A stretch of 64,000 bases of DNA from Laetmonice hystrix (GCA_965235115.1 OZ249436.1:20276001-20340000); one strand, 5' to 3'; positions 39,023-53,975 are shown, counted from the stretch's first letter. Numbers and translations are program-made. The notes: generated by a model from the letters alone, not told the origin.

Positions 39023-40671
39023 GCTTAATTAACCGAATTTCATTCGCTATGAAAGATCTTGTTCTGTTTACACTCTCTTCACACTCCAAGCAGAGATCGT
39101 TCACTCCGTTATGCACTCCGTTACCTCTGCCACACATTGGGTACTACCGGTTGAATGACCCCTGCCCTGACCAAGAAATCCCCGACCGGAAACAGCCGAA
39201 CATTGCCGAGATCGAATATAAATGTATAAATAGCCGAGGCGCTCTTTTTGCTTACTTTTAAGCCGACTGGAGGGCGCCCGGCTCTCAATATGGCAAATGA
39301 GAGACTGGGAAGATTTCTTTTTATGGGTTGTTACCACCAGGTGGCAGGAAAGAATTGTGTCAAGCTGGGGTCATCCAATCAAATTAGGGCTAGGCCATAT
39401 TTAGGATATAGCTGAGCTGTTAACTGGCAAAGGCCTACGACTTTTACATCCCCTTATAACGGCTGTGATCAGTAAAAGATTTCTATATTTCTGTGTACCA
39501 TCTATTTGTCTGATGATGGCTGCATTTACAACACCTGTCAGTCACTCCGGCAGTCACTCTACTTGACAGTGATCGAGCGGCTCCGCGCGGGTCCCGCTGG
39601 CGCCGCCGGGGCTAAACCATAGATTAAGTACTTAATCTATGGCTACCGGTATATACGGGCCACAGCTATTTACCATACTTTACTACTTGAACACTTGGAA
39701 ACTGCATTGTCATGCTTCAAATCATGAGGTAGATTCACTAAATCCGTGGCATATTTCATAGCATCCCTGCATGATCTTATTTTACTTCTCTAGATGTCCT
39801 GACCTATCAGAGCGGGGGTCAGCAGCAATGCATTGTGGGGGTCGCCAAGATTCTGGCACCGGCCTTCACAACTCACAAACAGAAACCGGCCATGGCCCTC
39901 TTGTCTGGCTTATGCCAACAGAGGACGTGATGATCAAGGCTGACTTTTTAGGTGCAGACTCTCAGAATATATATGATGACACACAACCGTCATGTTAGGA
40001 CGGAAGTAGCTATCGTCGAAAATATTCCGAATCGTCACTAAATTGCCCTGACCGACTTGCGACTAGTTGATTTCCATCGGGAAAAATAGTTACTAATATT
40101 TCATCAAGATATTTCTCTTGTACGGTGAATAATCCACTTGGTACTTACTACTTCCGGTTTGGGAATTTTGATATTTTGATTAGGCATTGTGTAGCAGAGG
40201 GTACCGCGATGGTATAGTGATAAGAACTGGCTTATATTTTTTATGTACATATATGCTCTCTTTGTGTATCTTTAAGGAAGTCATGAAGTCAGCAACGCTA
40301 TACTAAGCAATGCTTTTATCACTGTGATGCTTTTATAAACGACGATGCAAAGGAGCTTCCGCCTACCCCCCCCCCCCCCCCCCCCGACCGAGGGAAAGGC
40401 ACAGAGACAAACAGATGGCCTCGTTGAAACGCCACCTGCATCATGAATCTAATCAAATTAAAGCTCACTGTTAGAAACAGCAGTATCTTCCTTAGAAGAG
40501 GGGGTGACATTACTACTAGGGTACAAGAAATACTGATGTATACCCCAGGGGCAGATCCGCCACTGTACCTAATCCTGTTTACCGAAATAAAGATGTATAT
40601 CTATTGACTCATGATCTTGCAACCCCATGTCGCTGCAGATCTCTGAAAAAGATATCAAATGGCAAAATAGG

Positions 40672-41614
40672 GAGGAGATGGAGGGGCGAGTTATGGGGAG
40701 ATGGTGGGGTGAGTTATGGGGAGATGGAGGGGTGAGTTATGGGGAGATGGAGGGGCGAGTTATGGGGAGATGGTGGGGTAAGTTATGGGGAGATGGAGGG
40801 GCAAGTTATGGAGAGATGGCGGGGTGAGTTATGGGGAGATGGTGGGGTGAGTTAGGGGAGATGGTGCACATGGGGTGAGTTATGGGGAGATGGAGGGGCG
40901 AGTTATGGGGAGATGGAGGGGTGAGTTATGGGGAGATGGAGGGGCGAGTTAGGGGAGATGGAGGGGCGAGTTCTGAGGAGATGGAGGGGCGAGTTATGGG
41001 GAGATGGAGGGGCGAGTTATGGGGAGATGGAGGGGCGAGTTATGGGGAGATGGAGGGGCGAGTTATATGGGGAGATGGAGGGGCGAGTTATAGGGAGATG
41101 GTGGGGTGAGTTAGGGGAGATGGAGGGGCGAGTTATATGGGGAGATGGAGGGCGAGTTCCGGGGAGATGGAGAGGCGAGTTCTGGGGAGATGGAGGGGTG
41201 AGTCTCGGGATGATAGAGGGGCGAGTTCTGCGGAGATGGAGGGGCGAGTTTTATGGGGAGATGGAGGGGCGAGTTCTGGGGAGATGGAGGGGCGCATTAT
41301 ATGGGGAGATGGAGGGGCACATTATATGGGGAGATGGAGGGGCGCATTATAGGGGGGGATGGAGGGGTGAGTCTCGGGGAGATGGAGGGGCGAGTTATAG
41401 GGGGAGATGGAGGGGTGAGTCCCGGGGAGATGGAGGGGCGAGTTATATGGGGAGATGGAGGGATGAGTCCCGAGGAGATGGAGGGGCGAGTTATAGGGAG
41501 ATGGAGAGGCGAGTTATATGGGGAGATGGAGGGGCGAGTTATATGGGGAGATGGAGGGGCGAGTTAGGTCTATGGGGAGATGGAGGGGCGAGTTATGGGG
41601 AGATGGAGGGGCGA
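40672..41614. repeat. Purine-rich 21-25-bp degenerate minisatellite
   Basis: Consensus ggggagatggaggggcgagttat. Confidence 0.95.
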
Positions 41615-42454
41615 GGTCCAGGGATTCCATGGGCCCAGTTCTATCTTTCCGGAGGTTACGAACAGATCAAAGCGAAGCGCAGAGTGTAAAGCATCCAAGG
41701 GGACTCTCCGACAGAAGCCTTCTTTTCTCACGGTCGTAAGGGTAAATTGGTTGCCACCATAACGTCCAGTAATCAGTGTTAATGCTTGGCGTGACCCGTC
41801 GGGAGAGGTCACTGGCCCTCTGCCTGCATACTCATCTGCTGCTTTCCCAGTGCCTCATCTTATCGCGTGACCAGTCGGATCTCAGACATTACATACTGAC
41901 CTCTCAGCCCAGTCTGGTCAAACAACAAAAACACATCAGCTACCAGGCTTAGCCAGCATAGATAGGATTACCACAAAATGGGAGCGAACAAATAAGGAAA
42001 GGGCAACGGGTGAACTCTTCCTACTTTTGGAAACTCCCAGATGAGTCCAGCACACGGCCACAGTCACAGGGCTCTAGTGTCGTGTTTTGTTCTCGTGAAA
42101 AGTTGACACGAACACTCCTCTGTGCACAGGAGGTAAGAACAAAAAAAACACGAATGCAGAGCAACATAGAAACCATTTCGCATCATACACTTAGATGTCC
42201 ATTTGTAAATAATGACGTTTTTAAGCGTTTGTGGAAGATTTTAAAAGTCTGTGATCCTTGAAACCGGACGCTGTGGTCTGTAATGATCTGCGGATCAACA
42301 TCATGCGGGGACGCCAGCATTGGACGGTAGTTGGAAGGGTGTTGCCCATTTACAGCGAATCCTGCCGAGGGTTTTTGGGAGGGGATAAAATTGATCAGAT
42401 CACGCTGCGGTGTTATCCCGATAACGGCTTATTTAGGCCCTAATGTGGCGGAGC

Positions 42455-42812
42455 CCGCCGTGCGCCATCGGTCACCGCTGTGCGCCATCTGTCGCCGCCG
42501 TGCGCCATCTGTCACCGCCGTGCGCCATCTGTCACCGCCGTGTGCCATCTGTCACCGCCGTGCGCCATCTGTCACCGCCGTGCCCCATCTCTTACCGCCG
42601 TGTGCCATCTGTCACCGCCGTGCGCCATCTGTCACCGCCGTGCCCCATCTCTTACCGCCGTGTGCCATCTGTCACCGCCGTGCGCCATCTGTCGCCGCCG
42701 TGCGCCATCTGTCGCCGCCGTGTGCCATCTGTCACCGCCGTGCGCCATCTGTCACCGCCCTGTGCTATCTGTCACCGCCGTGCGCCATCTCTTACCGCCG
42801 TACACCATCTGT
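42455..42812. repeat. 20-bp minisatellite, ~18 copies
   Basis: Unit tgcgccatctgtcaccgccg. Confidence 0.95.
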
Positions 42813-44263
42813 TACGGTGATAACACTCACTGAACACCGCTTGATGACGTTACCGGTTCCATTATAAACAACAGCTCACAGCTGTTTGCCACACGAGACT
42901 GGCGTAGGCCTAATCAGAATTTTCCATATTATTCAGTCAATTAAAATATGTTTCACAGACAAAGATTTCACGACCATTCAGTGTGTGTAGAACTGACTAT
43001 ATCGATATAACCCTGGCTGTTGCGGAGGCGTAAACTAACATTTTGAATCCGAACAAGGTATTCTATGATTTGTCAATGTACTTCTTTTAAATATTTTTGT
43101 AGGGTTTTATAGGTATCGCAACGTAGGTGTGACCAGGGCAGAGAAAAGTTGCGTGGGGTCATAAATTAACCCGGAATAATTTGCTTGTTTTCTAAGATCA
43201 TAGTTTATAGCAACTTCTCCTCAATATATTACAGTTGGTATCGTTCAAGGCCATGTTCAATTGCAGTAAATCAAAACCAAAAATATTTACATTGGAATAT
43301 TTTGGTAGGTATGTCACAGGTTTAAGGAACAGTTAATATTTGATATACATATTGGCTCCATTCAAAAAGGCTCTTCCTATATAAAATATAATGGGGTCAT
43401 TAATGACCCCACCCGGTCATTAATGTATGTAAAATTGGTTGGTCGCTTGAGGGTTAAACGTCAAATACTTCACCCGAATTTTAGACTGGCATGCAGGGTG
43501 ATATTATGTGGTGGAGTACAATGTAATAATGTGGAGTGTAAAGTACCTTGCTTCCAAGCGGTTAGGGGGTGTTGACTCTCAGCGTGGCCGATTCCATTCC
43601 AAGAATGCCCCCGCAACACACAACAGCATAGTCGTTAATAAAGATATTCCTGTTATTCTGCCTGACCATTTACGGGCTTTTGATTTTCTGCCTGTAGTTT
43701 CTTTGGAGATTTATCGTCCATAAAGTTGATGTGGTGTCCATGTGCTCATTATCTGTAATGGCCGGAGAACCCACTCAGATAGTGTGTAAGCAATCGACTG
43801 CTTTATCTACAGATATCTGGGATTGTGTTAGTTTAATGCTGATGACTTTGGCCTATAGTCGACTATCATTAGCAAAAGTGTCCCAAGAGTAGCTGTTCCG
43901 CAGATATATTTTCTGAGCGTGCCTTTTCGGCTCGCTAGTTTTAACTGATTGCTTTGGCAGAGCGAATAATTGAAATGAGATAATTAGGAGATGACGGGAA
44001 CACGGAAGCGTCACCTACATGGCATGACAGGTTAACTGATTTATACAGACACAAATTAAAGGGAGAACGTTGGAAGAAACGCACTCCAGAAATATAATAT
44101 AACATTTAAATTAATGACCCCACGAAAAGATTAGCAACTTTTATAGTACGCCGATCATTTCAAGATCACCTTACGATTTATTTTTACGAGGTTATGAACA
44201 AACCGGATATCACAAATCGTCCAATTATTTATTTATTTGAGGCATCTGACAATAACTAGAGTA

Positions 44264-44698
44264 ATCTAAAGTTCTCAGACTTGGTTTATGAGGAGTTTAG
44301 ACTGCTCCATAAAGTGCCAGTTCTTTGCTCCGTATAGTATCCAATATCTAAAGTTCTCAGACTTGGTTTATGAGGAGTTTAGACTGCTCCATAAAGTGCC
44401 AGTTCTTTGCTCCGTATAGTATCCAATATCTAAAGTTCTCAGACTTGGTTTATGAGGAGTTTAGACTGCTCCATAAAGTGCCAGTTCTTTGCTCCGTATA
44501 GTATCCAATATCTAAAGTTCTCAGACTTGGTTTATGAGGAGTTTAGACTGCTCCATAAAGTGCCAGTTCTTTGCTCCGTATAGTATCCAATATCTAAAGT
44601 TCTCAGACTTGGTTTATGAGGAGTTTAGACTGCTCCATAAAGTGCCAGTTCTTTGCTCCGTACAGTATCCAATATCTAAAGTTCTCAGACTTGGTTTA
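44264..44698. repeat. 82-bp tandem repeat, ~5.3 copies
   Basis: ttggtttatg recurs at 44281, 44363, 44445 and onward. Copies are almost identical. Confidence 0.95.
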
Positions 44699-47494
44699 GG
44701 ATGAGTTTATATCTCATACACATCAGTTTCTCACCTCTCCCAGACCGGACATGTAACCCAGGCACGGGCCCCATCAGTACTGTGTGGATGTCGACCGTCA
44801 AAAGATCTAAACATTTGGATTCACCCTGGGTTACCAAGGTGAATAGAGGGTAATTTCGGGCTATGCCCCTGCATGCGAGATGCCTGGGCTTAGAGAGTTA
44901 GCTCAACATAAATTCCTGTGACAGTTTCCTGTACATGTAAATTTGCAGAATCAATGTACCGTAAGTCAAGTAAGTTTAGTTGCTTGACCGTAAAATGAAT
45001 TTTTTTTTACGCAAAGCATAAAAATGCAAACCAGGGGTGGCCTTGGGGTATTAAAGGACACGTCTTCTGAAATTGGCCGCACACCTCGGAGTGGTTCTGT
45101 GGACACAAGGCAGTTTACTTGTCAACTTCCACCTTGGATGTAGTAGAGAACCCAACCCAACGAGTAACTCGACTTTTATTCTGTCGGTGATTACACTTAT
45201 TTTCTCCTGCCAATTCCTGCTTCTAATAATAGTCCGTCTACACTTTATATAGTATGTGTAAAATATAGAAACTGCCCATACTCTAATATTAGAAACGACA
45301 GGAACCACAGCCCAATTACAGGAAATCCCCATTTATGGCGAAACATTAATTTGGCGACAAGGTTACAAGGCTACTCTCCTGATATGTATCATATCGTAGA
45401 GATTTTTCCTAGCCCCCCTGAGTTCACCAATGTCTTGGGGCTAGATGATTAGCATTTCGAAGAGCGATATTCCTAATGAAATTACTGCGCATATCTGCCG
45501 TAATCACGGCTGCAAGTCCAGCAGACAAAATCGATTGAAATTAAAAAAGGATTAAAAGTCTTTACTGACCTATCTTAATTGATTTCCACCCGTAAGTGGA
45601 AACACATATTGCTTAGTGGATTCCCTGTATTAAAAACTAAATTGTTCTTGCTGAGAGCAACTAAATCTTGAGAAAATATATGCCTTGAAAGTGTGATATA
45701 TAAGAAGACAGGATACAACTTAATTCCAGTGTATTTATGATGGCTCCATTATCTTGATCAGGAACCCTGAGGCTGTCCATACATGTATTTGTAGGAACCA
45801 ATTTGTCTCCTCACTACGTAAGACCAAAATTATTGGTTCTTTGACCATTGTCAACAAACAGTTCCTTGTCCATCTGGTACCACAGCCCCAGTGAGCTGAA
45901 CCACTTTCCTAGTGCCCACGGTATAGTAATTTAGTGTTGGGGTTAAGAACCGGCCAGATGCCGAACACGTTAATGAATATATATCCACCGGGCTAGAATT
46001 ACTAGCTATCTTCGACACCACTTACTGGAAGGCGCGCGCGTGGAATACTAATTTGATGTGGCATTCTTAGGTATGACGCAAATGCTTTTACCGCAGGGGA
46101 AACTCAATTGTTACATAAAAACCACTGGCCTTAATTGATACTATAGGGCCTACATATCTAGCTAATTCACTTTACGGGGTGTGATGTAAGGAAATTGAAA
46201 ATAACGCTTAAGGTGGCCGAAATGATAAGCTAGGTACCGTACTCCTAGGTGGTGCCTATACCTGTCGCCATAATAGATTCTCCAGACGTGCTCGGAGGCA
46301 GCCTTGTGTTCAGACCTCCCGATCGACTCAACACTGGCACCGCCTTCAACGTTTCCTTTTATTTCTTTTATCTGTCCTCCACGTGATTAATACGACGTAA
46401 TTGTACATGTCGCCTTAGCACAAGAATGTTTAAGAAAAAGAAAACTTATCACAATTTCCCTGCTTATCACCGCCGTCGTATCCCATGGTGACCACCTGTC
46501 ACAGAATGCCCCATCACCATGGAGAGTGATGTGCCCTAAAGTGTGGCATTATTCACGCCCTACAGTACAGGCGGTCGGTATATTGACTTACGCCTCAGTT
46601 CTTTTTACCGCACCATTTTTTCTAGAAAAGTTTGAGCAATTTAGAGTGAGATGGTTCATAATTCATAAGCAAATTACGAGCTTGAAAAGTAACGGTAATA
46701 ATTTGCTCACAGCCATAACATATTGAGAAATACATTTGCGTGAAGGCCGATTATAAACCACTATATATCCTGGTGGGACCATATTTAAATACATCGAATT
46801 TGCAAGCCTATTCACAAGGAAAATCTTTTTTTAACAAGTCTCTTGCAATATTCTGGGCGCTAAAAAATTATCGTATGCTCCTCTACGATGCAGAAGTGCT
46901 CTGAGACAAGAAAATAATAAGTAGAATAAATCGCAGGAGGAAAGTTTTGATCATGACTTTAATCCGTAAAGATTGGCTAGGTAAGCGACAGGAGATTCCA
47001 TGGACTATAAAAAACGCTTTCATCCTGAATCTTGATAAAAAAAAAACACATGTTCGCAGTCGATAGAGTCGCTTTCATTCGTTTGCTCATTGGGGCCGGA
47101 TCGATGAGACGCAGTGTTGAAAGGTTACCACGACAACAGAAATGTGTGGGATCTTGATTTACTTGAACTAAAAAGAAGGTTCTGTCCAGACTGCAATTGT
47201 GCGGGAGAATTCGCTGTTAGAGCGAAAGGTCTCAGGTCGTCTCTACCTTAGTCCCCACGAGACCCCAGGGATATAACGTGTGGAAGAAGCTATACGGGTG
47301 ACAACGATGCCATTAAGGGCGTTTCCTTATATTATAATAGATAGATTTGGTATGGATTATTGGTGTTGGCTTCAGCTAATGAATCCTGAAGTTTTCTTAG
47401 GGAGTAGACTTAGTGTAGCGGCATTCGGTAGATGGTAACGACGACCATCTAAGGCGGCCATAACGGACGTGTTAATGGACTGTCTCCTGTCGGT

Positions 47495-47513
47495 GTGGGT
47501 GTGGGTGTGGGTG

Positions 47514-47563
<50 letters not shown>
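47495..47563. repeat. (GTGTGG)n followed by (GA)n microsatellite
   Basis: Directly visible. Confidence 0.9.
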
Positions 47564-47564
<1 letters not shown>

Positions 47565-49805
47565 CCGACCTCGTCACATGAACGGAAGATTCGCGCGCAG
47601 AGCCAAACAGCCAGCCTTCAGCAGCTGCTATGGTAGTACGTCGGGCACCACGTACCCTGCAGAGCTTTGACGAGGCCTAAAACGTGCAATCTGGACGTGA
47701 CAAATTGGTCGAATGAGTAAAGAGGGAAATCGTCCTGGGTAAAGGGTTAATCGGTGACCGTGACAGAAACGCTGCAATACAAATGGGTACCTGTCATAAG
47801 TGTGTTTCTCAATGCATTTAAACATTGAAGATAACATAAAGTATTCGTGTCAGATGATGTGCAGTTCTAAAGGGACACAATTGTGATTCAACCTTATTTG
47901 TCCCTAGACTATCATACATGTTGTAAATGACCAAATTAACATACACGTCAGCATGGTGGACAATCGTGCGTGGTATCCAGTGGTCTCGTGGGACCCAGTG
48001 CTGTACCCGCTATATGCACGTCAGTCGAGGAGATGGCGTCAGAATGACCCCAGGTCTCGGAGCAATGAAGTTGAATTGGGGGAGGTAAACAGCTTCCTGT
48101 TTTAAAACAAATCATGCTATTTCGGTTTCCTTTATTGTAAATAAAATCTCGGCCCTAATTAGGGATATCTTTACAAGTTACATAGCAGGATATGTATCCT
48201 GATCTGACAATGTTTAGTTTGGGTCATGTTTTGTTTTCTTGAAGCTACGCTAACGATTATCTGGCGATTTCTTTACCTTTGTGCACTCAGTACACAGAAC
48301 TGCACTTTAAAGCCATAAAACTTCTTGAACGGTTCGATTCGTTCAAGAAAGTAAACAGAAGTTTCTGTTTAAAGTGGTTTACAAAATTCTACAATGTTTA
48401 CGTATACTGTAAATAATAGACTTTCTTTGCTTAATTGCCAAATGTAAACATTCCATGATTTCATCGTACACATTTTATTCATTAGTCGGTTCTAACCTCC
48501 CTCGGTAATTTGAAGAGGAACCACTTCCACGGTAAATCGGTCCACTGCGCAGGATTCCGCGCATGCGAGACAGTGCCGATCAAAACTCCCGTCACGACGA
48601 CATAGCCTTCACCCAGTGGTGTAGGAAGGAGAAAGATATGGGGGGGGGGCGCAGACACCTTCTCCACCTGTCGCATTTTAAATATCACCTTAACGTACAG
48701 TCAGCCGACTTCCTGAATTTCCTCTAACGTACTGAGGGAAGAATGTTGCAATATCCTGAATAATCGCGTTACCTTTCCGCTGCTCTTAACACAACCTTTT
48801 ATAATTGGTTTAATTCGGCTATTATTTCCTGCATGCCTTTAATAATAAAAATATGGATCAGTATAAGAGGTGTTCTGTGATCAAAACAGCTGTTTTCATA
48901 GTACTATTATACTGGCAGGTAATCACATGCAATTCCATACCGTACCGAAAGTGTTTGAACAAAGATTGTATCACATAGCAAGAATCCTTCACAAAATTTA
49001 CACCTGAAAAAAGAATATCGAAAGAAGTCAAAAAATTGGTTTAAAAACGGCATGTAGGCCATATTGTATTGACAAAAGAAGTGAAGGCATCTGTAGAAGG
49101 CGCCAGATATAGGTCACTTCATCTGCACATAACGGTGCCTTAGCGATGCAACCAGCAACAACCGGACATTTTCTTCTAGGTCATGGCCTCCATTAAATGG
49201 GCGGGGCCGACTCGCAAACCGCGGCTAACAAACGGCCCAGGCAAACGACCTGATAAATCTCTTATTGTCATCTGAAGAAAATCGAACGCCCTTCTTTAAT
49301 AGAATCGACCCGAAAGGCTAATAGATCAGGCTTCTCTCGGACAGGACATAAACGTCATTTTAAGTTTCATCAGCGTTGCCCTATCGACAGTTTCATGTCG
49401 CGAAAGCATGAAGAATTGCTTTAAAACAGTTTGGATCCAGTTTTACAACAGAACTGACACACCCGTCTCTTGTTATCCAGAGCTGTCCGTATAGTTGTGA
49501 GTTTTCTGACAGTGTTAGAAAACTGGAGCGGACTGTCTCGGACATCCTGTCCTGTTCGTGGAAGTCTGTGTGTACATGTGCCCCTGTTTTAAGTCCGTGA
49601 GAGCCCGCGAAGGAGACAACTAATGAGAAGGCATCGCAACATCATGTGACACGTCATGTGACAGATTGCTGCAGAAGTTTCACCTGCTGCCACCAGGATC
49701 GCATGGCTAGACGGTCACGACACAACAGACTTGTCTGGTCCTCCCGTTGTGTGTATGCGCCCCAGTCCGGACGAGTCTTTAGTCCGTGTTTGTCGTTCTG
49801 TGTTA

Positions 49806-50016
49806 AGTGCTGAACCCACCAAGGCGATTCCCCTTGCGACGGCCATGCGGTTTTTGATTTAATGGTGGAATTTCACTCTGAAATTTTTCCTGGCTGGCCT
49901 TCTCCGTTTCAGGAAATGGGTTCCATCCTTTAATCTCAAAATTACAGTAAAATAATAGGGTGATGTCAAAATCGCATGGGCGTCGCAAGGGGAATCGCCT
50001 TGGTGGGTTCAGCACT
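49806..50016. mobile_element. PIF/Harbinger (Tourist-like) MITE
   Basis: TTA|agtgctgaacccaccaaggcgattccccttgcgacg ... cgtcgcaaggggaatcgccttggtgggttcagcact|TTA. Perfect ~36-bp TIRs. A related fragment lies at ~21754-21797. Confidence 0.9.
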
Positions 50017-50990
50017 TTATGCCGCCGTTACCGCCGTACCCGTTACCAAACAATCCTACTGTCAGCAAACCAAACTTAATTGGAAGGGAGGAAACACCAA
50101 GGCTTCTAAGATATCCAATATCTTTGTAACTATGATACTAGAAACAATGTTAGTCGAATTATAACAGCACTGCTGATTGAAGAGATCGTTTGATTTGAAG
50201 AGAAGTGTTTGTGTTCTACTTATAGGCCTAGAAACGGTATACTACCCTGGACAGTAGCACCCCTCTCAATTTGCTCAATTTTATTTTTAAAAAAGGTCAA
50301 TGGGGGAGCTGCCCACAGCCCCTTCCCAATTTGCAGCGCGTATACGACGTTGGTTATTTCCAGCACCCCCTGGGTCCGGTTTCTGGGTACGCCACTGCGA
50401 CAGAGGTGCCAATAGTGTTGATATTTATTCATAACGAAAGGCACAATATTTCATGATTACCCCAAGTCATACAGTCGAGTCATATTGGGCCCGTAAGGTC
50501 AGACATCCGTCATACTGCCTTGTAACCTGACAGACAATGCCTCAGACCCACTACCATCATCAGACTACTGTCAGGCTATGGTTTTTCTGAGACCTCTTCC
50601 GTACAATCGGAAAGTACGCGGGGTTAGGTAAAGATACCTATAAATTATTACTCTGTGGAGGAAGAGAGTCAGCATCTTTGGGATAACGTACATGCAAAGT
50701 AAGATTCTTTTGGGAGATTTATGTTCACTTTTACTTGGACGAGGGCGTTTCACATTATTCAGTGTGTCCTTCCATGTGTGCGCGACTCAGATGTCTGAAT
50801 GAATCAAAGGTTTCGCAGCAATTTATGAAAAGACAAGCATTTCACCGTAACCTAAGTTATAGCCGGTTTTAGAGCGAGGGCAAGGATGCGCAAATTTCTG
50901 AGCATCTACATATGTTACTTTGCACTTTGAGACATAATATAGGCCTACATTAAAACAAAATTACAGCCACAATAGTGGACATATTTCAAT

Positions 50991-51542
50991 GCTGTCTGAT
51001 ACTGTTCATGGGTATGGTCGAATGTCCTTTACTGTTATCTGATACTGTACATGTTGGTCGAATGTCCTTTACTGTTGTCTGATACTGTACATCGGTATGG
51101 TCGAATGTCCTTTACTGTTGTTTGATACTATACATGGGTATGGGCGAATGTACTTAACTGTTATTTGATACTGTACATGGGTATGGTCGAATGTCTGATA
51201 CTGTACATGGGTATGTTTGAATGTCTGATACTGTATGGGTATGGTCGAATGTCCTTTACTGATACTGTACATGGGTATGGTCAAATGTCCTTTACTGTTG
51301 TCTGATACTGTACATGGCCGAATGTCCTCTACTGTTGTCTGATACTGTACATGGGTATGGTCGAATGTCCTTTACTGTTGTCTGATACTGTACATGGGTA
51401 TGGTCGAATGTCCTCTACTGTTGTCTGATACTGTACATGGTATGGTCGAATGTCCTTTACTGTTGTTTGATACTGTACATGGGTATGGTCGAATGTCCTC
51501 TACTGTTGTCTGATACTGTACATGGCCGAATGTCCTTTACTA
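50991..51542. repeat. ~43-bp degenerate minisatellite
   Basis: tactgttgtctgatactgtacatgggtatggtcgaatgtcctt, with internal deletions. Confidence 0.92.
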
Positions 51543-52029
51543 CATGTAGATGACAGATTATAGAGACGGATATCATGTGGGCCACTAGTTGTTCCGTTTC
51601 AAGCAGACCTTCATGAGAGTAATCTTAATTGTTGTGCAGGAAGGGGGGTATCCCCTTAGTCCGATCTACTCAGGTTAGAACGACGAAGGTTTCGCGTGAC
51701 GGCTAGATAGCTAGACGTTGGAATGTCAGCAAGTACTTGGCAGGTATAATTCCGTTTTTAGAACAATAAATTATCAGCATAATGATATTACACCTAAACG
51801 ATTCACGTTTATAAGTAAAAATACCTCAACCAAATAGCTTCGCCTGACACAAAATAATCCATCTTAACCATCTGGTACAACAAAGGATGTAGCAGATGCA
51901 CATAGAGTAATGCGTGTCATATCAGCACTTAGACGTATTATATACAATGTATGTGTGCTGCTGTGTGATTCATTGCATGTTATTAGGAGGTTACCTGGTG
52001 GTCGGACGTCACCTATTAGTGAAGACATA

Positions 52030-52380
52030 TATCATCCCGACCATAGGTCACAAAGTGCCTTCCCACCGACAACCCCAACACGTCAGGAAGCCATAGTGGG
52101 TAACATATTTGCGCCACCTGATCGGTCGCGGCTATATTAAATTATACTGGCACCTGAGACTGGCAGGAATTACCAACACCGGCTTCTACTCCATCGAACA
52201 TTCACCTACTGAGGCACATTTCTCCGATTTAACAAAACAAGACTTCGTTTTGGTGTACCTACGTCCTTTATTACTTCCCGATGGCCACTTAAAGATACAT
52301 TGAAGACCAATGGAATACCAATATTCATTGACAACTGAAGAGAACCAGTGGAGCTTCTTCTGCTCCATAAATTTGAACGG
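52030..52380 (+). pseudogene. Possible decayed 3' end of a LINE ORF2
   Basis: LIGRGYIKLYWHLRLAGITNTGF resembles the GH..L..HL...G....C motif of non-LTR ORF2 C-termini. Frameshifted. Confidence 0.3.
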
Positions 52381-53112
52381 AATAAAATTCTTAAAAGGAA
52401 TATCCTGAAACATCCATTGTAATCCACTTCGCTTCTTTTCTCCTCTTCATCGTACAGGAACACTTAACTTAAATGCCTCTACCGTAATTCCTGTGATAAA
52501 CGTGGAAAATGTGATAATTTCGATTATTTTATAACTTATTTGTGGCAGACTTTGATTATGTCATGCGTAGCACAGATGTTTAAACACGATAACACAATTA
52601 CTGCTTGTCGCTTGACTGACCACTGCCTGGAAACGTGTCATTCACATGTCGATAGATTGGGAAAAAACATGGCCGAACCGGATGGGCCTGAACTAATCGG
52701 GGGTAGTCGAATTGTCAAGGCGAACCAAAGGAGGGAGAAAACAAATCCCGGGGACCCGCTAATTAGAATGCAACTTCCTGTGAAGAATGGCCCATGCAGC
52801 ATGTTAACAGCCAAGTGGCGAGGTCCATCACTACCACCATTCGACCATCAGCTATGCTCCCGTCGGAAAAGGTTTCACTTACAATTGGTAGATTTTAAAC
52901 GCGGGGGGGGGGGTCTAGATATAGAGAAATATCTGCATTATTGCCCTCTTGGGCGTCAGGGGTCAGAATGATCCTCACTCAACCCCTGGCTGTTGGTAAA
53001 AGGCGACAAATGGGGCGAGGGATAGTGTGGGAAAGTGGTAGAGTGTCGAATTGCAAAATCATGTGCGTGGTACAGATGAATTTCCATCCTTCCAATTCCA
53101 TTTTCCGCAACC

Positions 53113-53975
53113 GAGTCAGGCTTTGGTATGTCCAGCCGTGTCAGTGTGACTGGGCGTATAAAACTGAGTCATCAAAGGTTTTGGTATGTCCAGCCGTGTC
53201 AGTGTGACTGGGCGTATAAAACTGAGTCATCAAAGGCTTTGGTATGTCCAGCCGTGTCAGTGTGACTGGGCGTATAAAACTGAGTCATCAAAGGTTTTGG
53301 TATGTCCAGCCGTGTCTGTGCGACTGGGCGTATAAAACTGAGTCATCAAAGGCTTTGGTATGTCCAGCCGTGTCAGTGTGACTGGGCGTATAAAACGGAG
53401 TCATCAAAGGCTTTGGTATGTCCAGCCGTGTCAGTGCGACTGGGCGTATAAAACTGAGTCATCAAAGGCTTTGGTATGTCCAGCCGTGCCAGTGTGACTG
53501 GGCGTATAAAACTGAGTCATCAAAGGCTTTGGTATGTCCAGCCGTGTCAGTGTGACTGGGCGTATAAAACTGAGTCATCAAAGGCTTTGGTATGGCCAGC
53601 AGTGTCTGTACGACTGGGCGTATAAAACTGAGTCATCAAAGGCTTTGGTATGTTCTGTCGTGTCTGTGCGACTGGGCGTATAAAACTGAGTCATCAAAGG
53701 CTTTGGTATGTCCAGCCGTGTCAGTGTGACTGGGCGTATAAAACGGAGTCATCAAAGGCTTTGGTATGTCCAGCCGTGTCTGTGTGACTGGGCGTATAAA
53801 ACTAAGTCATCAAAGGCTTTGGTATGTCCAGCCGTGCCTGTGTGACTGGGCGTATAAAACTGAGTCATCAAAGGCTTTGGTATGTCATGTCGTGTCTGTG
53901 CGACTGGGCGTATAAAACTGAGTCATCAAAGGCTTTGGTATGTCCAGCCGTATCTGTGCGACCGGGCGTATAAAA
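53113..53975 (+). repeat. 58-bp minisatellite, ~15 copies, derived from a SINE body
   Basis: Unit ggctttggtatgtccagccgtgtcagtgtgactgggcgtataaaactgagtcatcaaa. The last copy runs directly into the SINE sequence. Confidence 0.95.

Noticed and set aside
40627..42867. Overlapping GRWRGE and SPPCAICHRR ORFs
   Set aside because: These are satellite translations open in several frames. The same applies to 33692-34172.
43390..43458. piggyBac-like end (gagggTTAA)
   Set aside because: No matching opposite end or transposase was found.
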